Origin: Candidatus Deferrimicrobiaceae bacterium
GTDB lineage: Bacteria > Desulfobacterota > Deferrimicrobia > Deferrimicrobiales > Deferrimicrobiaceae
Direction of reading: 5' to 3'
Assembly (NCBI GenBank): GCA_963792415.1
Contig: CAWBVY010000001.1
Location: forward strand, 224,001 to 288,000
DNA: 64,000 nt
Below, piece by piece: positions 39,931 to 48,520 of this stretch (position 1 is the first letter of the stretch; the number at the start of each line of letters is the position of its first letter). The translations under genes were made by a program, and so were the position numbers. The notes under the pieces were generated by a model. It was not told where the DNA came from. It worked only from the letters and a program-made list of their open reading frames with translations, and ran no database searches.

Positions 39931-40607
39931 AGGTCCTCTTCGCGACCCAGGGGAAGTACGGCGAGCGGATCGCGGACTACATCGCCGCGAACCGACCGGA
40001 AGGGTGGGAGACCCTCCGCCTGCCGCTGCGACGAACCCTTCCGTTGGTGATCGACGATCCGGACGAGGTCCTGCCGGCCGCGATTCCCCCCGCCGACCTG
40101 CTCGTCTCCCTCCACGAGTCGGCGGGGGCCGCGGAACTGATCCCCGACATCGCGCGGCGGTGCGGCGCCGCCGCCGTCCTCGCCGCCGTCGACGACCGGG
40201 CCGCCTGCCCGCGCGGGCTGGAGAACCAGATCGGGAAGCGGCTCGGGGCGATGGGGGTGGCGTTCGCCTTCGCCCGGCCCCTGTGCGGGTTCGACGGCGG
40301 GCCCCACCCGCTGCTGTCGGCGTTCGCGGAGCGGTTCGGACGGCCGAGGATGCGGATCGACGCCGACGGGGACCGGGTCGGCCTCGTGACGGTCGAGCGG
40401 GACTGCCCGTGCGGCGCGGGACGGTTCGTGGCGAAGGTCCTGCCGGGGACGCGCCTGTCGGAGGCGGCGGACACCGGCGCGCTGCGGCACCACCACCACC
40501 CGTGCATGGCGTCGATGGAGGTCGACCCGGAATTGTCCGACACGCTGATGCACCTGTCGGGCTACATCTTCCGAGCCGCCATCAACGCGGGTTTGCGGCG
40601 GAAGTGA
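39927..40607 (+). CDS. DUF166-family protein (Cys/His-rich, function unknown)
   Basis: GKYGERI, VIDDPDEVLP, RPLCG, FGRP, RDCPCG, HHHHPCMAS, LMHLSG match my recollection of DUF166. Confidence 0.75.
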   Translation: MKVLFATQGKYGERIADYIAANRPEGWETLRLPLRRTLPLVIDDPDEVLPAAIPPADLLVSLHESAGAAELIPDIARRCGAAAVLAAVDDRAACPRGLENQIGKRLGAMGVAFAFARPLCGFDGGPHPLLSAFAERFGRPRMRIDADGDRVGLVTVERDCPCGAGRFVAKVLPGTRLSEAADTGALRHHHHPCMASMEVDPELSDTLMHLSGYIFRAAINAGLRRK

Positions 40608-40690
40608 CGGCGATTCGGGACGACGGAAGGGGCGGCTGAGTTCCCTAACCAGATAACGGGTCTACTGGACCGTCACACCATTTTGGGTTG

Positions 40691-40728
40691 AAAAAAAGGA
40701 CGGAGCCTTGCGGCCCCGTCCTTTTTCT
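40691..40728. terminator. bidirectional intrinsic terminator
   Basis: A7-GGACGGAGCC-TTGC-GGCCCCGTCC-T5 between convergent transcription units. Confidence 0.8.
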
Positions 40729-40760
40729 TAATCAAGCACGTTAGGAAACAAGCCCTCTTA

Positions 40761-42305
40761 TTACCACCCGACCGCAGCTCCGTCCTTTCTCAGTTCCGAC
40801 CCCGCGCGGTAGATCCCGTTGAGCGGTTCCTGGTGCGCAACACCTTTTCCGCCCTTGCCACCGGGGACCGTCGGCTCCGGCAGGCTGTAATCCCTCTCGA
40901 ACAGGATCCCCTGGTAGCCGCCGCCGAGCCCTCTGGACCGTCTCGTCGTATGCCCCCAGGCCGTCATTTCCGTATTGACGATATCGTACAGGTAATAATC
41001 CAGGCTCACCCTGTCGGATCCCTGGTCGTGATCGAACCGGGCTGCATCAGAGGTGGCCTGCACGTTATAGGCTAGGTCGATCATGTTGACGACGGCGGCG
41101 AGATCAAACGGTTTTGCCTCGGCGCACACCTCGAGGATGTTGAGCATCTCCAGCGCGGCCCACCCTTGGCTCGGGGGCGGCGTTTCGTAGATGTCATACC
41201 CGTGGTAACTGGTCTTGAGAGGGTCCTCCCATCTCGCCTCGTATTTCTTCAGGTCGTCCATGGTCCAAAACTGTTTTACGCCCGGAGGGAGAATGACTCC
41301 CAAAGAATTCGCCTTATTCACGATCGCCTGGGCGATCTCCCCCTTGTAAAAGGCGTCGACGCCTTTTTTCTGGAGCACTTCGAACGTGTGCCCCATGTCC
41401 GGATTCTTGAAGATGCTGTACAACCCTGGCACACTTCCTCCCTTGCAGTACACATTGGGGGTGTCGGGATCGACAGCCGAATTACACAGGGTGTTCCTGT
41501 TACTGTAAAAGTTGGCCGCAAGCACCTCATGCACCGGGAACCCTTCAACGGCACTCTTGCGAGCGGGTTCGAGCACTTCCTTGAAGGTCATGGTGCCGAA
41601 TTCCAATTGCTTCACAAGGCGGCAGAGATGTTGCGGTGTAAGGGCCAGCAGCTGTGCCACCTCCCAATTCTTCAAGATCATTTGAATCTTTATCGGTTTA
41701 TTTTGATCGGACCCGTTTTGGGTCTGGACCAACTTCCAAAGGAACTTCTCCAGGCGGTGTCTTCCGGAGAGGCACGACTTCTCGATAATACCGAGCATGC
41801 TGTATCTCACCGCTCTGCTTAAGAGGATCGATATCCATCGGGAGAATTCCGGATTTGTATCCATCAACTTATTGAACGTTTCTATCGGGACAAAGCACAA
41901 TTTGCTCCGGGTGATCGCCTCGGCAGTAACTGCATAAGGCATCTTTAGAAAGAATGAAACAACACCCAACATAGCCCCCCGCTCCCGTATCCCGACGATT
42001 ATCCGGCTACCATCGGATTCAGTGCGGGTCAGCTTCACCAGTCCGCTGCATATGAAGCATACGGAGTGGGGAGATTCGCCTTGGGAAAAGATCTCGTGTT
42101 CCGGAGAAACGACTCTTACCGTTTTACAGTTGAAAAACTTCTTGAGTTGTCCCAGGCAAGGGAGGTTGGGTTCGCCTCCGTGGGTGTCATGATTATTTTC
42201 AACGGGGCGGAGATTCCCGTTGAAGGACGCTGGGGACGTAGAGGTAGTGGATTCAGGTTGGAGAGCGGGGTCTTTTCCGGGAAAGGAATCCACCATTCCA
42301 GGCAC
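40761..42305 (-). CDS. chimeric ORF: Crp/Fnr-family regulator fused in frame to an internally deleted gamma-glutamyltransferase (possible pseudogene)
   Basis: IFSQGE..ICSGLVKL..GAMLG and HTH VAQLLALTPQHLCRLVKQLE, then GGT motifs FGTMTF..EGFPV, AFYKGEIA, PPPSQG, RKDGAAVGW; catalytic Thr segment absent; start uncertain. Confidence 0.75.
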   Translation of the reverse strand: MPGMVDSFPGKDPALQPESTTSTSPASFNGNLRPVENNHDTHGGEPNLPCLGQLKKFFNCKTVRVVSPEHEIFSQGESPHSVCFICSGLVKLTRTESDGSRIIVGIRERGAMLGVVSFFLKMPYAVTAEAITRSKLCFVPIETFNKLMDTNPEFSRWISILLSRAVRYSMLGIIEKSCLSGRHRLEKFLWKLVQTQNGSDQNKPIKIQMILKNWEVAQLLALTPQHLCRLVKQLEFGTMTFKEVLEPARKSAVEGFPVHEVLAANFYSNRNTLCNSAVDPDTPNVYCKGGSVPGLYSIFKNPDMGHTFEVLQKKGVDAFYKGEIAQAIVNKANSLGVILPPGVKQFWTMDDLKKYEARWEDPLKTSYHGYDIYETPPPSQGWAALEMLNILEVCAEAKPFDLAAVVNMIDLAYNVQATSDAARFDHDQGSDRVSLDYYLYDIVNTEMTAWGHTTRRSRGLGGGYQGILFERDYSLPEPTVPGGKGGKGVAHQEPLNGIYRAGSELRKDGAAVGW

Positions 42306-42495
42306 CCCTGACGAAGCAGATAAGCGGTTGTCTCCAGATTGCCGGAACGGTGACGGGTGATCGGACTGGTTAACTGTCCAGACGAATTCTAACCTTTAGT
42401 CTGGACTGACTATGTTTCGTGTCAAGGGACATTTTTGTCCACCCGGGTTTCCCCCGAACCTCAGGGAAGGATGAGGATGGAAGGAAGCCGACCCC

Positions 42496-45249
42496 TCAGG
42501 CCGGCCGGGGGGTGTCGAGGGCGGAGCGAACGACCTTCGCCAGCGTTTCCGCGCGATACGGCTTCGGAAGGAAGATCGTTCCGGGAACCGGCTCGGGGGG
42601 GGAGCTGCCGCTGGAGAGGATGACCCTTGCGCCCGGGTCGATGTCCCGGATCGCGCGAAGGACCTCCATCCCGGAGCGCTGGGGCATCGTGAGGTCGAGC
42701 ACCACCAGGTCGATCGCCCCCCGGTTCGACCGGAACAGATCGATCGCCCGCATGCCGTCCTCGGCCAGTAGCACCTTGTACCCGTGCATCTCCATCACCT
42801 GGCGGCCAAGGTCGCGGATCAGCTCCTCGTCGTCCGCGAACAGCACGGTCTCCTTCCCTCTTCGGGAAGGGGCGGTCTCCTGTACCACCGGCGCCTCCTC
42901 CGTCTGGCCCGTCGCCTCGGGGAAGTAGACGCAAAAGGTCGTCCCCTTCCCCTCGCGGCTCTCCAGGTTGATCCACCCGTCGTGCTGCTTGATGATGCCG
43001 TACACGGTGGACAGCCCCAGCCCCGTTCCCCGCCCCATCTTCTTCGTGGTGAAGAACGGCTCGAACACCCGCCGCTGCGTCGCCTCGTCCATCCCGGCGC
43101 CGTTGTCGCCGATGGAGAGCCGGATGTAGCGCCCTTTCCGCGCGTACGGGAAGATCCGGCAGTAGTCGTCGTCCACCTCGACGTTCTCCGCCCGGATGTA
43201 GATCCAGTACCCCGTCAGCGGCCGCCCCCCCGCCTTCCCCTCGGCCTCGAGGCTCTCCATGATGGCGTCCCTCGCGTTGACGCACAGGTTCATGAGGACC
43301 TGGTGGACCTGGTTGGGATCGACGAAGGCCGGGAGCAGGTCGTCCGCGATGGAGCAGGTCGTCCCGATCCGGCGGTCGATCGTCTGGGAAAAGAGGGCGG
43401 TCACCTCCCGGACCACGTTCCCGAGGTTCACGGGCCGGCACTCCGCCGGGGCGCGCCGGGAGAAATCGAGGAGCTGGCGCACGAGCTGCACCGCGCGTTC
43501 CGAGGCCTTGATCCCCTCGGCGATCGGGACCGACGCCGGGGAGCCGGGCGGCACGAACCCGCGGGCCATGTCGAGACTGCCGAGGATCCCCGTGAGGATA
43601 TTGTTGAAGTCGTGCGCGATCCCCCCGGCCAGCGTCCCGACGGCTTCCATCTTCTGCATCTCGATCAGCTGCTTTTCGAGGAGTCGCCGTTCCGTGACGT
43701 CGATCCCGGTCACGATGACGGAGAGGATCGTTCCGTCCCCGTCGTGCAGCGGGGCGTGGTTCCAGGCGATCATCCGCGGGTAAGCGTGGGCCGTGGTGGC
43801 AATCGAGGTTTCGAGAGGGGGAGGCGTGCGTCCGGCCGCGACCGCGTGGATGGCGTCGCGGTGGAGGTTCCGGGCCGGCTCCCCGATCACCAGGTCCCAC
43901 ATCCGCTTCCCCGACGCGTCCCGGGCGGCGATCCCGGTCACCTCCTCGCACTGCCGGTTGAAGAGCAGGATTTCCCCGGCCCTGCTCACCTGCAGGACGA
44001 GCGCCCCGGAGATGTCCAGGATCCGGTTCGAGAAATCGCGCTCCTTCCGGAGCTCCCGGAGGACCCGCGCCCTCTCGGCCACGTCGCGGAACACGATCAT
44101 CCCGAGGGGGCCGGATCGTTTCGGGACGAAGGAGTCGTTCCGTTCTTCCCGGGGCGCCCAGGTGATGCGGATCTCCCCGGGGAAGGTCGAGCCGTCCATG
44201 CGCAGAAGAGAGGCTTCCCACTCGCGCCGGGGCTCTCCCGTGCCGGGTTCCCGCAATTCGTCCCGCAGGCCGGCCACCGCGTCGGGCTCCGCCAGAATCG
44301 AAACCGGGTCGGCGTCGAACAGCAGCCCCGGGGAAGCGTACCCGAGCATCTCGGCCGCCGCCGGATTGGCGCGCACCACCTTCCTCTCGCGCACGAGGAT
44401 GACCCCGTCCCGCTGGTTCCGCAGCAGTTCGTCGTAGGACGCCTTCGCGGCGACGAAGACCTCGTGGCGCCTGGCCCCCTGGATTGCGCTTCCCACCCGG
44501 CGGGCCATCGCGGCGAGCGCCTCGATCTCGACCGCGTCGAAGGCGGCGGCGATGTCCGCGTGCACGACGAGAACCTTGTGCGGGAAACCAGGCTGCTCGA
44601 TCCGGGCCGCGGCGCAGCGAACGAGCCCGTGACGCCGGCAACCCTCCTGCCACGCGGCGGGGGGCGTGCCGCCGACCTCCCGCAAGGTGATCGTACCGCC
44701 CGTCCGCAAGGCGTTCCCGGGCGGCGTCTGCCCTTCGGGCGTGTCGTCCCAGCGGAGAGCGACCCCCCGGAGACACTCCGCGGCGTCCCCCGCGCTGCAC
44801 TCCACGCGGATCGTTCCGTCGGATTCGGCGGCTCCCACCCACACGAGGCGGTACCCGCGGGAGCGGGAGAGGATGTCGCACACCAGGGAGAGGATCTTCT
44901 CCTCCTCCAGGACGCCCACCAGGGACCGCTCCACCTCGGCGATCAGGGCGAACCGCGCCTCGAGGCGCTCCCGGAAGCGGAACCATTGGCCGGTGAGGAG
45001 GAAGCCCGCGGCGAGGAGCAGGGAGATGAAGAATTCGGCGATCACGACCGGCTGGTCGGTGACCAGGGTGGCCGTGGACCAGGAAGAGAAGAAGATCCCC
45101 CAGACCGAGAGAAGCCCCTTCAGGAAGAGGGCAAGGGAGACGAAGGACCAGACGCGGCCGAGCCGGCCTGTCGATAGAAACACGACGGACTGCCACGCGG
45201 CGACGAACTGGAAGAAGGCCGAGACGCACTGGATCGCAGGAAGAACCAT
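42496..45249 (-). CDS. membrane-bound hybrid sensor histidine kinase (TM-GAF-PAS-PAS-HisKA-HATPase-REC)
   Basis: GIAHDFNN H-box, NLCVNARDA, FEPFFTTK, GTGLGL, REC DLTMP. Confidence 0.93.
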   Translation of the reverse strand: MVLPAIQCVSAFFQFVAAWQSVVFLSTGRLGRVWSFVSLALFLKGLLSVWGIFFSSWSTATLVTDQPVVIAEFFISLLLAAGFLLTGQWFRFRERLEARFALIAEVERSLVGVLEEEKILSLVCDILSRSRGYRLVWVGAAESDGTIRVECSAGDAAECLRGVALRWDDTPEGQTPPGNALRTGGTITLREVGGTPPAAWQEGCRRHGLVRCAAARIEQPGFPHKVLVVHADIAAAFDAVEIEALAAMARRVGSAIQGARRHEVFVAAKASYDELLRNQRDGVILVRERKVVRANPAAAEMLGYASPGLLFDADPVSILAEPDAVAGLRDELREPGTGEPRREWEASLLRMDGSTFPGEIRITWAPREERNDSFVPKRSGPLGMIVFRDVAERARVLRELRKERDFSNRILDISGALVLQVSRAGEILLFNRQCEEVTGIAARDASGKRMWDLVIGEPARNLHRDAIHAVAAGRTPPPLETSIATTAHAYPRMIAWNHAPLHDGDGTILSVIVTGIDVTERRLLEKQLIEMQKMEAVGTLAGGIAHDFNNILTGILGSLDMARGFVPPGSPASVPIAEGIKASERAVQLVRQLLDFSRRAPAECRPVNLGNVVREVTALFSQTIDRRIGTTCSIADDLLPAFVDPNQVHQVLMNLCVNARDAIMESLEAEGKAGGRPLTGYWIYIRAENVEVDDDYCRIFPYARKGRYIRLSIGDNGAGMDEATQRRVFEPFFTTKKMGRGTGLGLSTVYGIIKQHDGWINLESREGKGTTFCVYFPEATGQTEEAPVVQETAPSRRGKETVLFADDEELIRDLGRQVMEMHGYKVLLAEDGMRAIDLFRSNRGAIDLVVLDLTMPQRSGMEVLRAIRDIDPGARVILSSGSSPPEPVPGTIFLPKPYRAETLAKVVRSALDTPRPA

Positions 45250-45440
45250 CCGGCAGTTCCACTCCCCCGTTTTCTCTCGAATAAACCCCCGTGATCCGTA
45301 TCGGCGGAACGCCCTCGGAACTTCACGGGAGTTCCCCGATCCGACGGCATTCTATCAAACCACGGGTCCCTGACGCGATTATGGCGGACAAATCCGAAAA
45401 TATGTACACTGTCGACAATATCATGTAACGGGAGATGCGG

Positions 45441-46826
45441 ATGGCGAACGGGGCACGAAGCGACTCCATCGTGAGGGGATTCGTCCACTCTTCGGTGTTC
45501 TGGCTGCTGGTCGGGCTGGTGGTCGGTCTGTGGCTGGCGGCCGAGATGATCTATCCGGCCCTGAACCTTGCGCCGTGGCTCGCTTTCGGGCGCCTGCGCG
45601 TGGTCCACACCAACGGGCTGATCTACGGGGCCACGCTCGGCGGGATCTTCGCCTGCAGTTATTACATGCTCGAAAAGTTGACCCGGAGCCCGATCGCGTT
45701 CCCGGGCCTCGCGAAAACCCAGCTCTGGCTGTTCAATATCGCGATAGCGCTCGCGGCCCTCTCGCTGTTCGCCGGGTGGAACACCTCCAAGGAGTACGCG
45801 GAGCTCGAGTGGCCCCTCGACATCGTGGTGGTGGCCCTGTGGGTGATGTTCGCGGTCAACGTGATGGGAACGCTCGTCAAGCGGCGGGAGAAGCAGATGT
45901 ACGTCTCCCTCTGGTTCATCATCGCCTGCGTGGTCACGGTGGCGGTCGTCTACATCCTCAACAACCTGGCGATCCCGGTCAGCCTCTCCAAATCGTACTC
46001 GGCGTACGCCGGCGTAAACGACGCCAACGTCCAGTGGTGGTTCGGGCACAACGCCGTCGCCTCGGTCTTCACCTTCCCGATCCTCGCGATGTTCTACTAC
46101 TTCCTCCCGAAGTCCACCGGCCTGCCGATCTACAGCCACCGCCTCTCCATCATCGCCTTCTGGTCCCTCGTCTTCGGCTACCTGTGGACCGGGGCGCACC
46201 ACCTGATGCTGAGCCCGGTGCCCGAGTGGATCCAGACGGTCGCGCTGGGCTTCAGCCTGTTCCTCATCGCCCCCTCCTGGGCCTCGGTCATCAACGGCTT
46301 CTACACGATGAACGGGAACTGGGACCAGATGAAGTCGAACTACCTGGTCAAGTTCTTCATTCTCGGGATCACCTTCTACGGGCTCCAGACGATCCAGGGG
46401 CCGACCCAGGCGATCCGGGCGCTTTCCGCCCACCTCCACTACACCGAGTACATCCCCGGCCACGTCCACATGGGGACGATGGGGTGGGTGACGATGACCA
46501 TCACGGCGTCGATGTATTTCATGATGGCGAAGATCTCCGGCCGGGAGGTCCACAGCGTCAGGCTGGCGAACGTCCATTTCTGGCTGATCCTCGTGGGGCA
46601 GCTCCTGTTCACCGTGACCTTGTGGATCGCCGGCATCGTCCAGGGGGCCATGTGGAAGGCCACCAACCCCGACGGATCCCTCATGTACACGTTCCTCGAC
46701 TCCGTGGCGGCGATGTACCCGTACTGGGCCGTGCGGCTCCTCGGCGGCCTTCTCTACTTCGCCGGGATCGCGGTCTTCACCTACAACCTCTACATGACGT
46801 CACGGCCGAAAGCCCGGGCGGTGTGA
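45441..46826 (+). CDS. ccoN: cbb3-type cytochrome c oxidase subunit I
   Basis: FGRLRVVHTN, KEYAELEW, QWWFGHN, YLWTGAHH, GHVH. Confidence 0.95.
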   Translation: MANGARSDSIVRGFVHSSVFWLLVGLVVGLWLAAEMIYPALNLAPWLAFGRLRVVHTNGLIYGATLGGIFACSYYMLEKLTRSPIAFPGLAKTQLWLFNIAIALAALSLFAGWNTSKEYAELEWPLDIVVVALWVMFAVNVMGTLVKRREKQMYVSLWFIIACVVTVAVVYILNNLAIPVSLSKSYSAYAGVNDANVQWWFGHNAVASVFTFPILAMFYYFLPKSTGLPIYSHRLSIIAFWSLVFGYLWTGAHHLMLSPVPEWIQTVALGFSLFLIAPSWASVINGFYTMNGNWDQMKSNYLVKFFILGITFYGLQTIQGPTQAIRALSAHLHYTEYIPGHVHMGTMGWVTMTITASMYFMMAKISGREVHSVRLANVHFWLILVGQLLFTVTLWIAGIVQGAMWKATNPDGSLMYTFLDSVAAMYPYWAVRLLGGLLYFAGIAVFTYNLYMTSRPKARAV

Positions 46827-46829
46827 CCG

Positions 46830-47816
46830 ATGAAAATCGACAGCCTCTATGAAAAGCCGGTTCTCTTCGCCCTCGCGGCGGTGGTCGTCATCTCGGTCGG
46901 GACGCTGGTCACGACCTTCATCCCCCTCTTCCTCCCGTCGACCCAGCCGGTCAGCCCCCTGATCAAGCCGTACACGGCCGTCGAGACGGAAGGGAGGGAC
47001 ATCTACATCCGTGAAGGGTGCAACAATTGCCACACCCAGACGGTGCGGCCGCTGCGCACCGAAGTCGCCCGGTACGGCGAATACTCCAGGGCGGAGGAGT
47101 CGGCCTGGGACCGCCCGTTCCTCTGGGGTTCCCGTCGCACGGGGCCGGACCTCGCCCGCGCGGGGGGAAAGTATCCCGACGCGTGGCAGTATCGCCACAT
47201 GGCGAACCCGCAGTCGATGTTCTCAACGTCGAACATGCCCGCGTACCCCTGGCTCGCGAAAGCGAAGCTCGACACCTCCCTGACGGCCAGGAAGGTGAAG
47301 ACCCTCGGATTCGGCTACGACGAGGCGGAGGTCGCCCGGCAGCTGGCCGACTTCCGGCAGGCGGTCACGGCGCCGACCTATCCGTCCGCGCAGGTCCGCG
47401 CCCAGGTGACGCCGCCCGCCCTTCGGGGGGAGATCACCGAGCTCGACGCGCTGGTGGCGTATCTCCAGAAGCTGGGGCGGGACCTGAAATCGGCGCAGAA
47501 ACCCCCGGCGGGGCCCGCGACCGCCGAGGCGGCGGAGGCGAAGAACCCGTACGCCGGAAATCCCGCGGCCGAGGAGGAAGGCGAGAAGATCTTCGAGCAG
47601 AATTGCCGGAGCTGCCACGGTGAAAAGGGCGCCGGGGGGTTCGGCCCGAAGCTGGCGACGACCGCCCACAAGTTCGGAGGATCGGACGCGGATCTGTTCG
47701 CCTCCGTCGCCGGGGGCCGCCCCGGAGGGATGCCCGCGTTCCTTCCGCAACTGGGGAAGGAACGGGTCTGGAAGGCGGTCGCCTACATCCGGCACCTGGA
47801 ACGGGAAGGTCGATGA
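46830..47816 (+). CDS. ccoO: cbb3 oxidase subunit II fused to an extra C-terminal cytochrome c domain
   Basis: GRDIYIREGCNNCHTQ, WGSRRTGPDL, MPAY, LVAYLQKLG; second heme CRSCH..GMPAF. Confidence 0.92.
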   Translation: MKIDSLYEKPVLFALAAVVVISVGTLVTTFIPLFLPSTQPVSPLIKPYTAVETEGRDIYIREGCNNCHTQTVRPLRTEVARYGEYSRAEESAWDRPFLWGSRRTGPDLARAGGKYPDAWQYRHMANPQSMFSTSNMPAYPWLAKAKLDTSLTARKVKTLGFGYDEAEVARQLADFRQAVTAPTYPSAQVRAQVTPPALRGEITELDALVAYLQKLGRDLKSAQKPPAGPATAEAAEAKNPYAGNPAAEEEGEKIFEQNCRSCHGEKGAGGFGPKLATTAHKFGGSDADLFASVAGGRPGGMPAFLPQLGKERVWKAVAYIRHLEREGR

Positions 47817-47992
47817 CGCCGCGCGCGCTGGCGTACCTCCTCTTCACGCTGCTCCTCGCCGGGGTCTTCGCCGGGATCATCGCCCATTATTTCAACCGGA
47901 AGCGGCACGACCGCGTGGAAGCCCCGAAGTACCGGATGCTCGACGACGACGATCCGCCGCCCGACTCGACGGGCGGCCACCGGGAGGGATGA
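47813..47992 (+). CDS. ccoQ: cbb3 oxidase small subunit (CcoQ-like), 59 aa
   Basis: single TM helix plus VEAPKYRMLDDDD; ATGA-coupled to ccoO; below the ORF-track size cutoff. Confidence 0.75.
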   Translation: MTPRALAYLLFTLLLAGVFAGIIAHYFNRKRHDRVEAPKYRMLDDDDPPPDSTGGHREG

Positions 47993-47996
47993 TCCC

Positions 47997-48479
47997 ATGG
48001 ACGAGCCGATCGGGAAGATGGAGGCGCACAACAAGGTTCCCCGCGGTTTCCTCGTCCTGCTGTTCGGGCTGATCGCGTTCGGCGTCTACTACATCGCCGC
48101 GTACACGCCGGAGATCAGCGGCTGGTCGCAGTACAAGGTGCTCTCGAAGGAGATGGAGGCGGAGACGGCGAAAGCCGCCGCCGGCGCCGCGAAGATGACC
48201 GAGAACCCGTACGAGCGGGACGAAAAAGCCGTGGCGGAGGGACAGGGCATCTACGCCGGAAAATGCGCCGAGTGCCACGGAAAAGACCTGAAAGGAACGG
48301 ACGGCCCGTCCCTGGTCGGCCACCTGAAGTTCGGCGAGCAGGATCCCGAAAAATTCGAGTCGATCGCCAAGGGCCGCCCGGGCGGGATGCCCGCGTTCGA
48401 GACGGAACTCGGACGGGAGCGGATCTGGAAGGTGCTGGCCTACATCGACTCGGTCCGGGAGTACGGGAAGAAGCCGTAA
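47997..48479 (+). CDS. ccoP: short monoheme CcoP-like cytochrome c
   Basis: N-terminal NKVPRGF + TM (CcoP-N-like); single CAECH; GMPAF. Confidence 0.8.
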   Translation: MDEPIGKMEAHNKVPRGFLVLLFGLIAFGVYYIAAYTPEISGWSQYKVLSKEMEAETAKAAAGAAKMTENPYERDEKAVAEGQGIYAGKCAECHGKDLKGTDGPSLVGHLKFGEQDPEKFESIAKGRPGGMPAFETELGRERIWKVLAYIDSVREYGKKP

Positions 48480-48520
48480 CCGGTCCTCCTCCCTCCCCGT
48501 CTCCGGGTTACACTCGACCC

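Larger units (their letters stand above)
40640..42440. other. A+T-rich foreign or decayed patch
   Basis: visibly lower GC and many A/T-ending codons relative to the flanks; no integrase or transposase seen. Confidence 0.65.

Noticed and set aside
32096-40607. Complete Wood-Ljungdahl carbon-fixation cluster
   Set aside because: No CODH, AcsE or methyl-branch genes in the window, so autotrophy cannot be claimed from this sequence.
39179-40639. CooC with a long C-terminal extension, or programmed frameshifting
   Set aside because: The extension is low-complexity shadow sequence over DUF166 with no slippery heptamer; a one-base error explains it better.
41601-42305. Crp/Fnr domain as the CO sensor CooA or as canonical FNR
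   Set aside because: I cannot identify CooA heme ligands or the FNR N-terminal Cys cluster; the composition suggests unrelated foreign DNA.
40640-42440. IS/transposon or integrative element with terminal inverted repeats
   Set aside because: Only short partial matches (TAACCAG, CCGTCAC) at the edges; no transposase, integrase, tRNA or target duplication.
45263-45440. FNR box upstream of ccoN
   Set aside because: No TTGAT-N4-ATCAA match is visible.
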